A stretch of 64,000 nucleotides of DNA from Nageia nagi (taxonomy: Eukaryota; Plantae; Pinophyta). The position numbers were made by a program, and so were the translations under genes. Below the pieces are notes generated by a model, which worked only from the letters and a program-made list of their open reading frames with translations, was not told the DNA's origin and made no database searches. This document shows positions 1-14,029 of the stretch, in pieces (position 1 is the stretch's first letter; each line of letters starts with the position of its first letter). Where the stretch lies: assembly GCA_050084985.1 (NCBI GenBank), contig JBITNC010000002.1, forward strand, positions 16,554,001-16,618,000, in the 5' to 3' direction.

Positions 1-966
1 ATTGTTGTTGTCTATGTAGATGATATAATTTTTGGAGGAAGCAAGAATGAGCTATGTAAAAATCTTGCTGACAACATGCAAACAGAATTTGAGATGTCTA
101 TGATAGGTGAGCTTGCATTTTTTCTTGGTTTACAAATCAATCAGTTGAAGAATGGCATGTTCATTTCTCAAATCAAGTATGTTAAGGAGATGCTGAAAAA
201 GTTTACCATGGAAGACTGTAAACCTGTGAGTACCCCTATGACGACAGATTGCAAATTAAGCAAGGATGATAAAGCACCAACAGTAGATCAAACACAATAC
301 AGGTCAATGATTGGAAGTTTATTATATTTGACAGCTACTAGACCGGATATTCTTCAAGCAGTATGTATGGTTGCTCGATTTCAAGTAAATCCCAAAGAAA
401 CACATGTTACTGCAGTAAAAAGAATATTTAGATATCTCAAAGGTACAGTAGAATATGGTTTATGGTATCCTAGAGGATAGGACCTTACACTTAGTGCCTT
501 TTCAGATGCAGACTGGGCAGGATGCGTGGATGATAGGAAGAGCACCAGTGGAGGAGCATTTTATTTGGGTAATAATCTTGTTAGCTGGCACAGTAAAAAG
601 CAAGACTCAGTATCCCTATCTACAGCAGAAGCAGAGTATATAGCAGCAACTTCTTGCTGCACACAGATTCTATGGATGAAGCAGATGCTAAAAGATTTTG
701 GTATAGAAATTAACGAACCCATATCAGTTCTATGTGATAACACAAGTGCAATCAATATATCCAAAAATCCTGTTATACACTCACGAACAAAGCATATTGC
801 AATCAGATATCACTTTCTAAAAGAACGCGTGGCACAAGGAGAAGTACAATTGGATTTTGTTCCAACCACAGAGCAAGTAGCCGACATATTTACAAAACCT
901 TTGCTCAAAGACATCTTCGTAAATCTTCGCAACAAGCTAGGAGTTGTTGTCCTTCCCAAGCATTAG
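1..966 (+). pseudogene. Ty1/Copia pol 3' end (RT C-terminus + RNase H), one in-frame stop
   Basis: Frame 1 reads VYVDDI (RT active site), YRSMIGSLLYLTATRPDI, FSDADWAG..DDRKSTSG, STAEAEY, HSRTKHI; ORFs 76-480 and 526-966 share a frame and are split by TAG at 478-480. Confidence 0.95.
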
Positions 967-1065
967 CTAGTTCTGGATGTCACATTCTCAGGGGAAGTGC
1001 TTAATTTTCCTTCCTATATTGTTTCTGTGTATCCTGTGTTTCCTGAGAATGTCATGTATGGACTC

Positions 1066-1173
1066 AGGGGGAGTCTGTAAATGCCCTTTGTTATTGTTGA
1101 CAAAGGGGGAGAGAAAAGTCCCGATGTTGGTGTCTGATCAGTTGGTGTTGCCAACAATTCCAAAGGGGGAGAT
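1066..1173 (+). promoter_or_regulatory. Multiple polypurine tract (AGGGGGAG x3), Sirevirus-type
   Basis: AGGGGGAG at 1066-1073, 1104-1111 and 1164-1171; the last is followed by AT and then TGTTG. Confidence 0.85.
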
Positions 1174-3377
1174 TGTTGAGTATGTGTGATTGTAATTGTT
1201 GTCAACAAGGTTTCGATCGGGTTTCGGAGGTTTGACTGGGTTCCAGAGGTGAAGTGTGATTGTAATTGTTGTCAACAAGGTTTCGATCGGGTTCCGGAGG
1301 TTTGCCCGAGTTCCGGAGGTGAAGTGTGATTGTAATTGTTGTTAACAAGGTGTTGATCGGTTTCGGAGGTTTGACCGAGTTCCGAAGGTGAAGCGTGACT
1401 GTAACTGTTGTCAACAAGGTGTTGATCGGGTTCCAGAGGTTTTGACCAGGTTCCGGAGGTGATGAATGATTATAATGTTGTCAACAAGTAATTTTGGTAA
1501 ATCCAGAGTTAGTAAACAAAGCGTTCTGGTAGAAATGATGTCAGTGATTTCGGGCTATCACTCAAAACCGGAGTCCGAAAGTGATGAGGTCAGCAAGGAG
1601 CGATTAAAGAGCCAGAGCCAGCGAGTAAAACATTCCGGAAGCAAGAGATGATGTCACGGGGAGAACGATGTTCACATTTGTGAATAGAATCAGGTTCTGG
1701 AGATGATGAGGTCAGCAAAGAATGATCAAAGAGCCAGAGTCAGCGAATAAAGCATTCCGGAATGCAGAGATAAGATCGGTAAAGAGAGATTGAAATTCTA
1801 GAGTCTATAAAGTAAATGTCCCAGAAGTAAAATGTTCCAGATTAAAAAGATGACATCACAGAGGATAAGATAGTCGAGTTTTGGTAAAGACCAGAGTCCG
1901 GAGATAAAGGTCCGGAGATGATGACATCATGCGAGAAGCGTTTTTACTCTACTACCGGAGTTCAGAGATGATGACATCATGGTGGAGGTGTTGAAAAGTT
2001 CGGAGATAAACGTTCAGAGATAAAAGTCCAGAGACAAAAGTTCGAAGATAAAGGTCCGAAGATGATGACATCATGCGGGAAGCATTTTTACTCTACTACC
2101 GGAGTTCGGAGATGATGACATCATGGTGTAAGTGTTTAAAAGTCCGGAGACAAAAAGTCCAGAGATAAAGGTCTGGAGATGATGACATCATGCGGGAAGC
2201 ATTTTACTCTGCTTTCGGAGTCCGGAGATGATGACATCACGCTGTATATAATAAACATCCGGCAAGCGAGACAAAGAGTCCGAAATTAATAGAAATATCA
2301 TTATGAAGAAGACAAAGAGTTCAAAATTAACAGAAATATCATTATGAAGAAGATAAAGAGTCCAGAATTAATAGAAATATCATTATGAAGAAGACAAAGA
2401 GTCCGGAATTATCATAAATAATCAGATACTGTCAAATCTCTGAAATTAGTAGAGAAAGAGGTACACTTGTCTAAATTGAGCAAAGGAGCGTTCGTCAGTT
2501 ACAACAGATGCAGACTCAGTTAGTGAAATCCCTTTGGTGTAGGAGCAGTTACAAACAAGGATTATTTTTAGTTTGTTTTTGATAACGTGTAATGAAAGGA
2601 ATAGATTCTCGGGGTTTTTCATGATGCGTAATGTTTTTCTTGGGAATGAAAGAAAAGTGTGATGCGTGAATTGTGTGATTAAGCAGTGTGCGCGAAGAGA
2701 GAAGAGTGTATGGTGAAGAGCCGGAGTGGAGGCAATAGTGTGGATGAGATGTGCGTGTAGAGAAGTGCGAGAGAGGAGGTGATAGTGTGGAAGAGGGGAG
2801 TATCGGGAGAAGGTGAAGTGAGCAAATGAATATGCAGAGAGTATAGTGATTGTTTAACTGTGTTACTTTGGAGCTGTGTGCAGAGAACGAACAGTGAGCA
2901 CTAGAGCTAGACCATTGAGGGTCTTCTAGAATTGTATTCTGTCATCCCTTTTGAATGTTGTATCAAGTTGGTGCTTGATAGCTGGAGTTGGTGCTCCAAG
3001 CAGTAGGTGCTGCTATTTCTAAAGTGGTAGTTGGTGCTACCCTTCACAGTTGGTGCTGTGAATTTGAGAGCTGGAGTTGGTGCTCCAAGCAGTAGGTGCT
3101 GCTTTTGCAAAGTGGTAGTTGGTGCTACCCTTCACAGTTGGTGCTGTGAATCTGTAAGCTTTCTTTAATGGCTGGATTTAGATTGGTGTCCAAGCAGTCA
3201 TGTTCGAGGATGTAGCCAATCTGGTGAACCTCGTTACATCTGGTGTTGTGTGATGTACTGATGTGCTTGCTCAATTCTCTCTGGTTTTTAATCTGTCTTT
3301 ATTTAAGAAGATTAAATTGATTATAATTTTTAATACACTGATTCACCCCCCCTCTCAGTGTCACTCGAAATCCAACA
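1174..3377 (+). mobile_element. 3' LTR (~2.2 kb) of Sirevirus-like Copia element
   Basis: Starts TGTTG after the PPT, ends CAACA at 3377, with C-rich ATTCACCCCCCCTCT just inside the 3' end; internal tandem repeats. Confidence 0.88.
1184..1490 (+). repeat. 70-bp tandem repeat (~4.3 copies) inside LTR
   Basis: GTGTGATTGTAATTGTTGTCAACAAGG unit starts at 1184, 1254, 1324, 1393, partial at ~1466. Confidence 0.92.
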
Positions 3378-3613
3378 GAATTAAAATATCAAAATCTTGA
3401 TATATCAAGATCTTGATATTTAACTCTAAGAAAATGCATGTATTTTAATTTTAAAAATCAGTATCCCAATATTTATTGGGATCTCAAACCTAAATCAAGA
3501 TCCTAATTTTAATTTATTGAAATCAAGATCCCAATTTTTTTGATATTGAATTTTAACTTTGCCCATTTCCCCCCACTTCCCCTTCAAGTTGACTCAGTTT
3601 CTTGCTTTCACCC
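3378..3613. mobile_element. Putative DNA-transposon terminus, related to 24800-25121
   Basis: GATCTC/GATCCC-rich subterminal zone; 3574-3613 matches 25082-25121 at 34/40 nt and both end CTTTCACCC. Confidence 0.55.
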
Positions 3614-4921
3614 TCAAATGGTATAATATTTGGTACAATTATTAACCTATCTACAAAGAGTCCTAAATTTATCTCACTTGATGTGAGGGTCATACCACTA
3701 GGAAGTGGATGTTCCTTGCATTTGTTATAATGCCACAAAATTTATTTCTTGATCACTTCATCATCTTCAATGGCATCTACTGCATAAGCTTCTTCCTCAA
3801 CATGTAACTCATTGAAAAGTTTGATGATTTTATGACTATTTTCCTTCAAACTCATTATTTTTTAGAATATTTTATCATCACTTAATCGAGTGATGATTTC
3901 TTCATAAATTGCATAATATGAGGTATATTCTAATTTGGAGGGGTGTGGAATCCATTATTGGTAGAACCAATCATTTGATTACCTATCCTTTTTGAACTAT
4001 CCAAATTTTTTGCAAAGCTTTCTTTATCCATAAGACTTTCATCAATCCATTCTTTGGTTATTTGTCCATGCAATTTGGTGTATTTTTGGTTCTTATGGAT
4101 TATTTCACTCTATGTCTAAGAAAATCACATTTTACAAACCTTTCTACCCTTAGTAACCTTCCTAGCTACAAGGTTAGTAGATTCATAAAAGATATTTGCA
4201 TTTTTTTTGCTAGTAACATAAAATGCCTTTGGAATATAATATGTAAATAATAACTTTAATAGGCTAATAATTGTAAAATTTTAATATGGGTTCAAGAGAA
4301 TTTATTTGCTACCCTAATTAAGAGAAGAATATCATAGAAAAGGTGGGTGCCAATATGTTGTATGTGTTTAATTACCCCTAGGATTTTAGCCCAAGTGAAA
4401 CTAATAACACATAATATTTAAGTATGAATTATCTAAGATTTTTAGCTCAAATAAACATATATGATATACAAAAATAATAGAAATTAATATAGAAGTAGTA
4501 TAATAATGAAATAATAGAACTAGGTTTTTATTGAATCAATGACATTAGTGATGTTGATAAGGAGATCCAAACATATAATTATAGAATATGGAAGATAGAT
4601 ATGCTAGAGTGGTAACAAGATTCTAATCTCAATATGAAGCATTTAGAAATTCCCAAGAGTAAGGTATTGACTAGCAAGATGTAAATATGATTGCTTTCTC
4701 AGGTTGGAGACACTTACATTTATGTAGGCATGAATTCCCACCAAATGACCCCTTGTAATAAGGTTGAAGCCCATGTCGGTGTACCTAACATAAAAATAAA
4801 AATACCACCTGAGATACGTGTGATTATAAACCCATAACATGATTAAAATATGATTCTAATGTAATCATGATATTACATCTAAGTGGGAGCACTTTAGGGG
4901 GAACAAATTTAGGTGTAAACA
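3614..4921 (-). mobile_element. Tat-like Gypsy 5' LTR (4356-4921), PBS (4342-4352) and decayed internal start
   Basis: Minus strand LTR begins TGTTTACACCTAAA and ends CAACA; followed by TGGCACCCACC (CpG-decayed tRNA-Lys-type PBS TGGCGCCCACC); both LTR ends resemble 57699-58501. Confidence 0.7.
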
Positions 4922-7900
4922 TTAGCATGGATAATAATGAGTTACTTTTTACATGGTATTTCATTCTTTACAAAATAGGTTATCTTGGTGGGTTATTTGT
5001 ATGAGTTTTATTGCAATACCATCCTCTCTTAGTAATAGGCTGAATTCTTTAAGGATTTTCATCTCTTGTTAAGTAAAAATAGAAGTCTCTTTCTCCTTTT
5101 ATTTTAATTATTCATATTTATATAAAAATTCATTATGTTCTTGCTTTGATTTGGTGGTTTTCCTATTCTCATGAGGATTTGGATACATCTTTTTTAAGGA
5201 TGAATTCTTGAATAATTGGATCATTGAATCTTACCTTTTTGGATCCTAATCTAGTTGTAACATAGGCATTCTACATCATATCTTGAACCTAGTGATATAC
5301 CAATTTTTTATTAGTCATCAAAGGTTTATTTTCTTTATCCTCTACTTCTTAAGTGTCTACTATGTTGGGTTCTTCTATTTTCATATAGCCAACCCTATAC
5401 ACAGTCATCAACAGTATTTTTATCATGATCTTGATTTTGGATGAAGATTCTTATTCTCATTTAGAGGTAACTTATCTAACATATTTTGTAGGAGTTTAAG
5501 TAATTGAGTGTATCACTTATCATTCATTTATTTATAGTACTAATAAATGATGAAGGATTCAATATGAGGGAAATGAAAGTGGTGATACATGGTGTTGCCA
5601 CAATTGAAGTACTGTGATATTATACCTTTCCCATGAACTTGATTATTAAAGCATTATTTATTTACTCCACTTATCCCCTACCTATTCCTTTGATTATTGT
5701 TCTAGTAGTGATTAAGGAAAGGTTTATTATAATTCCCTTGGCTATTATTAGGTTGTGTTTGAGCAATATCTACCATGAGAATGTAAGTAATACCAAATTA
5801 CTCTATAAAGAAGGCCAACTTTGATTATTCAACATTTATATAGAATGATGTTTAGTAAGCTTCCATAACTTAAGAGTTTAGATGTTTCCTTAGGTCTTAT
5901 TCAATATCATTAAGGAAATATTTACCTTGAAATTGGTATATCTAGTAGCGTTTTGATCCAATAGTTTTGCAATGTGATCTAACAATACCAATCATCCATA
6001 TTTTCCTTAATTATACAACTAGATAATTTTGAATAGTATATGTTCCCATCATTTGAAAAATTTGATAAAATTATTCTATAGGTTTGTTCAAAGTGGGGCA
6101 TTCATTGGATACATTCCATTCCTTATTACAAAGCTAATACTATCTATCTCTTTTGGTTGGTATTGATTCATACAATTTATGAGTAGAAGGATTAGAAATT
6201 TGGTAAGGTTCTTAATCTAGTTTGAAATATCTAGGTCTAGCCATTCAGATCACCAAGGCTGAGATTTAATTTCACCTACTTATTTTAGTGTATCTATATA
6301 AGATGAGTATACTTTGTGCATAAATTATTTGATATTAGTTCAAAGACTTGATATGAACCATTCAATCTTCTTTTTTACTATTATTGGTTATTATAATTCT
6401 CTTTGCATTGCTTTTAATTATTTATCAAATTCATACACACTCTTCCTAGGACCTTATAATATATCCCTTGGTTTACTAACACTCTCAATACCAACTATAG
6501 GAAAGTGATATTTTGCTTCAAAAGCATCTATGTTTTCTTTCCATATCTTGTTTAGTTGATTACCTATTACCTTCTTGAACTTCATGAACTAATATAAGAC
6601 ATCATACCTTATGTATTAGTGAAGTCAAATATTTTGATATCATCATTTGTTACTTGAGATGTTTTTGATCATTCTCTAGAATGAAAATTTGTTCTTTAAC
6701 ATCATGGGTATATTTCTAAAAGATTGATATCATGAATGTGGAGGAGGAAGCCATTGTTTATCTTAATTATCTTTTACCATTTTGTAGTTTTGGATTTGGT
6801 TGTATGGAGGTATTTCTCCCTTCATTTTGTGATGATTTTATTTTCTTGGCTAATCTCTAAGTAAACAAATTTCAAAGAATTACTCCTTGATTAATTCAAA
6901 TATATCTTTGAAATATGGTTCATCATTGCCTCCTTCCTAGTGAGGTGGTGACTCTATTATGGATTTTCATTTTTTAAAGACATTTTCTTTATTGATATAT
7001 GATAAAAAGTAAAGTTTATCAATTAGCATGAGGGATGGGGAGAGTCCATGGATCAATGATTTTTTTGATATCCATTTCTTATCTATATTCATTAGGGTAT
7101 ATTAACAAAGGTGTTGACATGTTTCTCATAGAATCATAATGATCATAAGATTATTTGTTCTCAAAATTGTCTTTTTGATATATCAAAAGGATTTTTGTTG
7201 GATGGAAAGGTATCAATATATTATTTTTTCTCTATGAATAGTTGATCAAAATCTTATATTAATTCTTTAATAATACTCTTCATCCTTTTCAAAGAAGCTT
7301 TAGCAAGATCCTTATTGCTAGAAGAGGAAGAATCACTATGTTTTGTAATAGATCTTGTAAAGGTTTGTGCTTTATTAAATTTTTTTGATTTTAACTTAAT
7401 ATTATAAGAAATACAATCCATATTATTAGTACAAACATATAATTATACATGGATTTTATATCCTAGTTCATTAACTTGTGTACCTTTTCCTTTTGGTTGG
7501 GTGTCTAGTGATCCTTATTTTTTGGTGATCTTGATATTTTTGGAAACTCTTGAAGTTTTGATGATTTCTTTGGCATTTGTGATTTTGATGTATATTCTAA
7601 ATTAGTTTTAGGATTTTATTATTGGTATGGATCTATCATTATTTTTGTGATATTTTTGTATCGATAAAAGGAGTGAATAGGTATTCTTCTAAGATAGATG
7701 ATATTAATGGAGGATTTTCTTGGTCAATTTTTGAATATTTTTCATCATTTTTAGGCATCCCTTTGGTTGATGGTAATTCAATAGTCGGTGTATCTTCAAA
7801 TTTTTTTTTAGTTTGTGAACATAATTCATATATTGATCCTTATAAATTTTTATTACTTCCTTTAGATGTTTCATCAATCTAACAAGTTTCCTTAGCACTT

Positions 7901-8001
7901 AGTATTTTTTTTAACTCCCATGTTAAATAATAGATTTAAGTCCTTAGCAAAGTTTCCTTCAATATTCTTTTGATATTACCTACATTTTCTTTACTTTTGA
8001 A

Positions 8002-10121
8002 TGTTGGAATGTATAATGCATTATTTTAAATAGATGTATTAAATCTTCTATGTAAATTCACTAATACATAAGAGTATTATTTGATACCTTAAGTATTTTA
8101 GTGAATATAATAATGTAACTTGTCCTACACTCCAAGTCATGAGCATGCCCCTTAAGTCAAAGATGTGCATGTCATGCTTAGGTCATCCAAGAAGGGATTT
8201 TGGCCTATAAATATAAGGCTCCCCCTTTGTAATGATATACCAATTGTGGAGTAAGGATATGCTATAGGATAGAAGTGTAGGAGTTGAGATCAAGGATTGT
8301 AAGCGAGTTGTATTTGTGAAAGAAGTAAACATCTAGTTAATGGATGTACTCCTAGTTGGAGGAACCACTTTACATCTTGTGTTTTGAGATTGATTTGTGC
8401 ATTTATTGAATATAATTATGATATTTCATGTGATCTTGGTAGTTTAGGAATTGTATATAGAAAAATAGAACAATCATGGAGATGGCTAGATGCATGTTGG
8501 GTAATCTTCCTAAGTTCTTATGGGATGAAGCTATAAGCACTACTATTTACATCTTGAATAGGTTTCCCACAAAAGATTATTAAAATAAAACTCCTTTTGA
8601 GGCATGGTCAAGAAGAAAATATAAAATTTCTCACTTAAGGGTGTTTGGTTGTGAAGCTTTTTCCTACATTATTTCTAAGAAAAGGAAGAAGTTAGACCAT
8701 AAAGTTGACAAATGAATCTTCATGGGTTATGATAATCAACATAGAGGATATAGGCTTTACTCTCCCACCTCTAAAATAGTATTCATTTCAAGGGATGTAA
8801 AGTTCAATTAACTTCCTGAAGAATCTGCTTCTAACATGGATGTTGATAATCCAAAGGACTCTTCAAATGCTCCTAATTGGTTGGATATTGATGTAGATAA
8901 GTAACCATCTAAACAAAATTCTCCAACATAAAGGGTAATAAGGAGTATGACCTTGGATAAATTCTTACTTGCCAAGATTGACAACAACCATGAGCCCTCA
9001 ACCTTCAAAGAAGCTTCTAAGCATGCGTACTGGATAGAAGCCATGAAAGTGGAGTATAAGGTGCTTATGAAAAATAAAACTTGGGAATTGGTTCCTTATC
9101 CCATTGATAAGAATGTGATTGGAAATAAGTGGATCTACAAGTTCAAGTTCAATTCTGTTGGAGATATTAAGAAATACAAGGCAAGGTTAGTAGCTAAATG
9201 TTTTGCTCAGAAATATGGTGTAGATTATGAGGAAACCTTTGCTCCCATGGCAAAGATGCCTACTGTGAGAGTTCTTCTTTATCTTTCTACAACTCAAGGA
9301 TGGAAAATTTTTCAACTTGATGTTAAGAGTGCATTTCTCAATGGTGACTTGGGATGTGGAAATATTCATGCATAAACTAGAAGGGTTCATTGTGTAAGGT
9401 AAAGAGTCCTTTGTGTGCAAGCTAAAGAAGTCATTGTATGGACTTAAGTAATCACATTGAGCTTGGTACAAGAAGATTTTACGGTATTTTTATGAAAAAA
9501 GTAGTGAGTCTCAAACTAGATCTTTATTACTTCAAAAATATGTAAAACGTTCTCATCTCCATTGTATCTATTTGGAGGAGAACTCTCTTACTTTCTCTTC
9601 TTCTTCTCTCTTACATGCTCTATCCCAATATTGCATTAAGGGGGAGTGTTGGAATGTATAATGCATTATTGTAAATATATGTATTAAATATTCTATGTAA
9701 ATTCACTAATACTTAAGAGTATTATTTGATACCTTAAGTATTTTAGTGAATATAATAATGTAACTTGTCCTACACTCCAAGTCATGAGCATGCCCCTTAA
9801 GTCAAAGATGTGCATGTCATGCGTAGGTCATCCAAGGGGGGATTTTGGCTTCTAAATAGAAGGCTCCCCCTTTGTAATGATATAACAATTGTGGAGTAAG
9901 GATATGCTATAGGATAGAAGTGTAGGAGTTGAGATCAAGGATTGTAAGATAGTTGTATTTGTGAGAGAAGTAAAGATCTAGTTAGTGGATGTACTCCTAG
10001 TTGGAGGAACCACTTTACATCTTGTGTTTTGAGATTGCTTTGTGTATTTATTAGATATAATTGTGAGATTTCATGTGATCTTGGTAGTTTAAGAATTGTA
10101 TTGTTAGTGTTAATTCCTTCA
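8002..10121 (+). mobile_element. Internally deleted Copia element with two similar LTRs
   Basis: Direct repeats 8002-8456 and 9647-10101 start TGTTGGAATG; PPT TTAAGGGGGAG before 9647; integrase remnant NRTIMEMARCML..LNRFPTK; RT N-terminus KYKARLVAK..QLDVKSAFLNG (ORF 8947-9375). The 3' end at 10121 is inferred. Confidence 0.88.
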
Positions 10122-13100
10122 CTAAAGTAATGCACCATTCCTTCTTTTCTCTTATAGTTATATACATTTTATTTCTATTTATTTATCATAACTCTTAATT
10201 ACCATTTTATTTTAAATTTAGTTTGAACCCTTTTTATATTTTATTATTTCCCTTAGGTATTGCATCATTGTATCATTTTTCCTGGTACCCTTTTGAACCT
10301 AATGTTTGTTAACTAATTGCACCCCATCATCCTAGTTTCTCTTCTCATCCCTTGGCACCTTTCCTCCTACAAATAGGAAAAAGTGTTAAGGGATAATTTT
10401 GTTCAATAATATATATTTTATAAATATGAGATAATGTATCTATAAATATCCTTTGATATCCTTTAAATAATCTCTATTTCTAGCATCCCATGATACTCAG
10501 TCCTAAAGAGAAAAATTAGTCTGATAAGTATCGAGGGCATTCTCAACCCCACTTATTAGTCTTTTTAGTATTAGATTTTTGTAAATTATATAACTTGATT
10601 AATGTAACATATTCCAATTTATTTCAAGGATTATGATTTTGGTTATGAATTTGATCTATTTAATGATCCAAGAATGGAATGATTCAAGGAATTCATACCA
10701 AACTATTTTGTAGCTTCCATCATCAAATATTATATCTTCTAGTTTTTGATATTATAAATATAATTATATGGATAAACCAATTTTTTAAATTTATTATCTA
10801 TTTAGAGAGCTAAAATTTTATTGATTTGATAGATGGTTTGAAAGGTACTCTTTTATAAGTTTCATTTATTATTCCATTAAGATCTCATGTCTCTAATTTT
10901 GTAGGAGTCTTGATAATAAAACTATTGATCGGTTTGGTGATATGAATAAATCTAATTGTTATGATTCTTTCCTATAAATGATAAAGAGTAAGGAAAAAAG
11001 AAAAATAAAATAGAAATGTTAAAAATTAAAGGATTGAACTTAAAAAAATTTAAAATAATGGGTAACTTATATTAATAACAATTAAGTAAAAAAGTTTCCA
11101 ACATGTGGTGATATTATTATAATGGTGAGATGATATATTTACATTATGATGCATTGTTGATCAATGACTATTAGTTCTTTCTCTTATTTCTCTCTTATTC
11201 ATACACACTTCTCATGATTCTTCTTCTTTTCCTAAATTTGAATTTTTATATCGTCAACTTATTGTGAGCAAATTTGGCAATGTTTTGTTAAGGTTATGAT
11301 TCTTCATTATTGTAGTATATATTTATGCATGTTGAAAAAGCATTCACTATTGTAAAAAATATCAGGATCCTGATGTATTTTGGGATCCCAATTTTTTTTT
11401 ATATGTACAAAAAACCACTTCAGGATAGAGATCTTCTGCATTATTCCTCTTCCCCATCATACAATACAATAGATAATTATGTTTTATGCAAAAAAGCTTC
11501 ATTTTATATTATGCATGCATCTCAAATAGTATTATATTGAGGTTGGGACCCAAGGTAGCTATTAGAGTTAATTTGAAGCTTAATTAAGATTTTTATGAAG
11601 AGAATTAAGGTGTTAGAATTTTTATTCTATTAAGATTTAAAACTTGAGGCAACTATTACAATTACTTTCATGGTCAATTAAGGATTTCTTTAGAAGATAT
11701 ATAGTGTTGAATCCCTAAATTCTAAACCTAATCAACACCATGGGTGATAAAAAATGGTAATCAAGTAGAGAAAGGAAGGTTATGTCACTTGAAGAAATTA
11801 TTGCAACTAGAGAGGGATGTAAAATAAAAAAAGATATAAAAAATCAAGGATTAAAGAACTAAATAATAATTAAGAATCTAAAATTTCCATGCCAATTGAG
11901 GAGGAGAAAATTCAAGAGAACATGAATATAGATATGATTATAGATGATGCATGCATGGAAGAGGAGAATGCGATAGAATATTCAAATCTGAATACATCTT
12001 CAAATCCACCATTGAATGAAGCTTCAAATATAATGACTATGGACATGAATCCATATATATCTTTGGATCAAGATCATATCCTTTTATGATTTTAGGTGCT
12101 TTTCAACATTCTCATAGAACTTCTTCAAATGATTGAGAAATTATTTAATTAATAAATACCTCTTTAGATGATCATGGATTATTGAAATTAGGTTTATTAC
12201 CACTTTCAAACTCCTTTCATAGACCACTTGAAATGACATCTAGCTCATTTGTACTCTTACTATTAGAGTTGTTGATAAATTTTTCTTGTACAATTACTTA
12301 ATCCTATACCTTCAAGTTATTTCACACTCTTATTAATTATCTTAAGAACCTTAATTATGATAACTAATAATAATGGCTCATAGAAGAATTTGATTATAAA
12401 AAATAAAGTAAAATTATTAATGTTATAAATAAAGCTACATTATTATCAATATTTTCTTAAGTGGAAGGAAAGAGGATCCTCTAAATATATCACACATGAT
12501 TTTATTCTATATATTTTATTTCTATGTTGAATTTATGGTTATGTGTGGTGAGATGTCAATTCACCACTTAATTTATCAATCCAAGGTTGGTGTCCAAAGG
12601 TTGTATACAATTGAGACTCTATTTTATATCTGTAGTTTCCTAAATCATACTTATAGAAATAAAAAATTCAAATAATCATGAAAGCATAAAATAACTTGCA
12701 GGAATTAAGATGAAAATAGAATAACAAAGATGTAGTTGCATAAACTTAAAAAATATAACATGAATGAGAAATAAAATACTAACAATAATAAAAAACAAAT
12801 AACATACATAAAGGAAATAAAAACACATGGTAATATATACCAATAAAGCTAGCCAAGATTCATCAACAAATTCCCCAAGAAAAGACTCAGAAGATTGAAA
12901 AGAACTTTAGGCTATTATTCTTTTAATGCTTATAATTCCATCATACATCAAAAAAGTCTACTACTATCTCTATTGTTTAACCTATCTAACTAATTGATTG
13001 AATAACTCCTTAGTCATTGAGAAGTATTATTTATTCTAATATATTTACAAAAGACTATTGATTCCCTTACTATCATATTATTAAACTAATCTTATATTCT

Positions 13101-14029
13101 TGTATAAGAACATGTTTATTCTTTTATAGTAAACTATTTATAACATAGAATAAATCTAACATGAGTCACTACTAATCAATTTTAACATTTTCCAGTTTTT
13201 ATCAACATATTGATATGGCCCTTATCTATAGTGGAAATATTCAAATCCAACCATATTCTTCAGCAATACAATCTTTATTTTGACCAAGTATTTAATAGTT
13301 GTCAAATTTGGAACCCAAAATTGTACAGGTCATAACTCCCTTACTACTAGGTATTTTTCAAAACTGTAAAATGATACGAGTACCATTTTGCAAGGAATAT
13401 TCCCCTCAAATTTCACATAATATTGAATTTTATTCATCATTATGAAGCTTTTTCTTATTCTAAAGCTTGATAATTCTGAAGTATCAATAATTCCAAAGCT
13501 TCATCCCAATTCTAAAGCTCGTAGGTTCTCAAAGGATTATGAAGTGTGAACTATTATAGAATTTTGAAGCTTCCTTGATCAGGCTTGATTCTAGGATTGC
13601 ACTTATCTAAAGTTGATTACAATTCTTATGCTAGTAGTACTCAAGTATTAGACATGATTTTGGAGCTATTTATGAATAATATTAAGATATAAATTTTTAT
13701 CCCTTTTATTGCTGTTACAAAGATACAAAGAATTAGATCTTCACATAAAATATAAAATATTAGTAAATTACAAAATATGACATCTTAATCTATTTAGACT
13801 AATTAAACATATTAAAACATGCAATCCTATTGCTAGAGCATCTCTTATGGTATTTAAATAATGGTGTTTTTATGTAAAAATGAGGCCATTATTTGGTCTC
13901 ATCAATGTGTACTTATGACGCATAATTAATACATGGATCAACTTGTAGCCTTTTTTTTAGGAAACTTTTTTAATTTAACAAGGAAAACCATTATTTAATA
14001 CATATAATAACACTTTTAAAATATGAACT

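Noticed and set aside
478-486. Programmed stop-codon readthrough in pol
   Set aside because: Context TAG GAC CTT is not CARYYA and the stop lies at the RT/RNase H boundary; a C-to-T mutation is simpler.
977-3110. Short ORFs in the LTR and antisense ORFs over TE, PPR or VPS13 sequence
   Set aside because: Products of repeats or reverse frames with no recognisable domains.
4922-8001. Decayed Gypsy gag-like region on the minus strand (and possible L1 RT remnant at ~40800-41900)
   Set aside because: Composition suggests old TE coding DNA, but no motif was clear enough to annotate.
11740-11800. Left terminus of the Sola2-like element (GGGTGA..GTCACTTGAAG)
   Set aside because: Similarity to the reverse complement of the right terminus is short and wrongly spaced.
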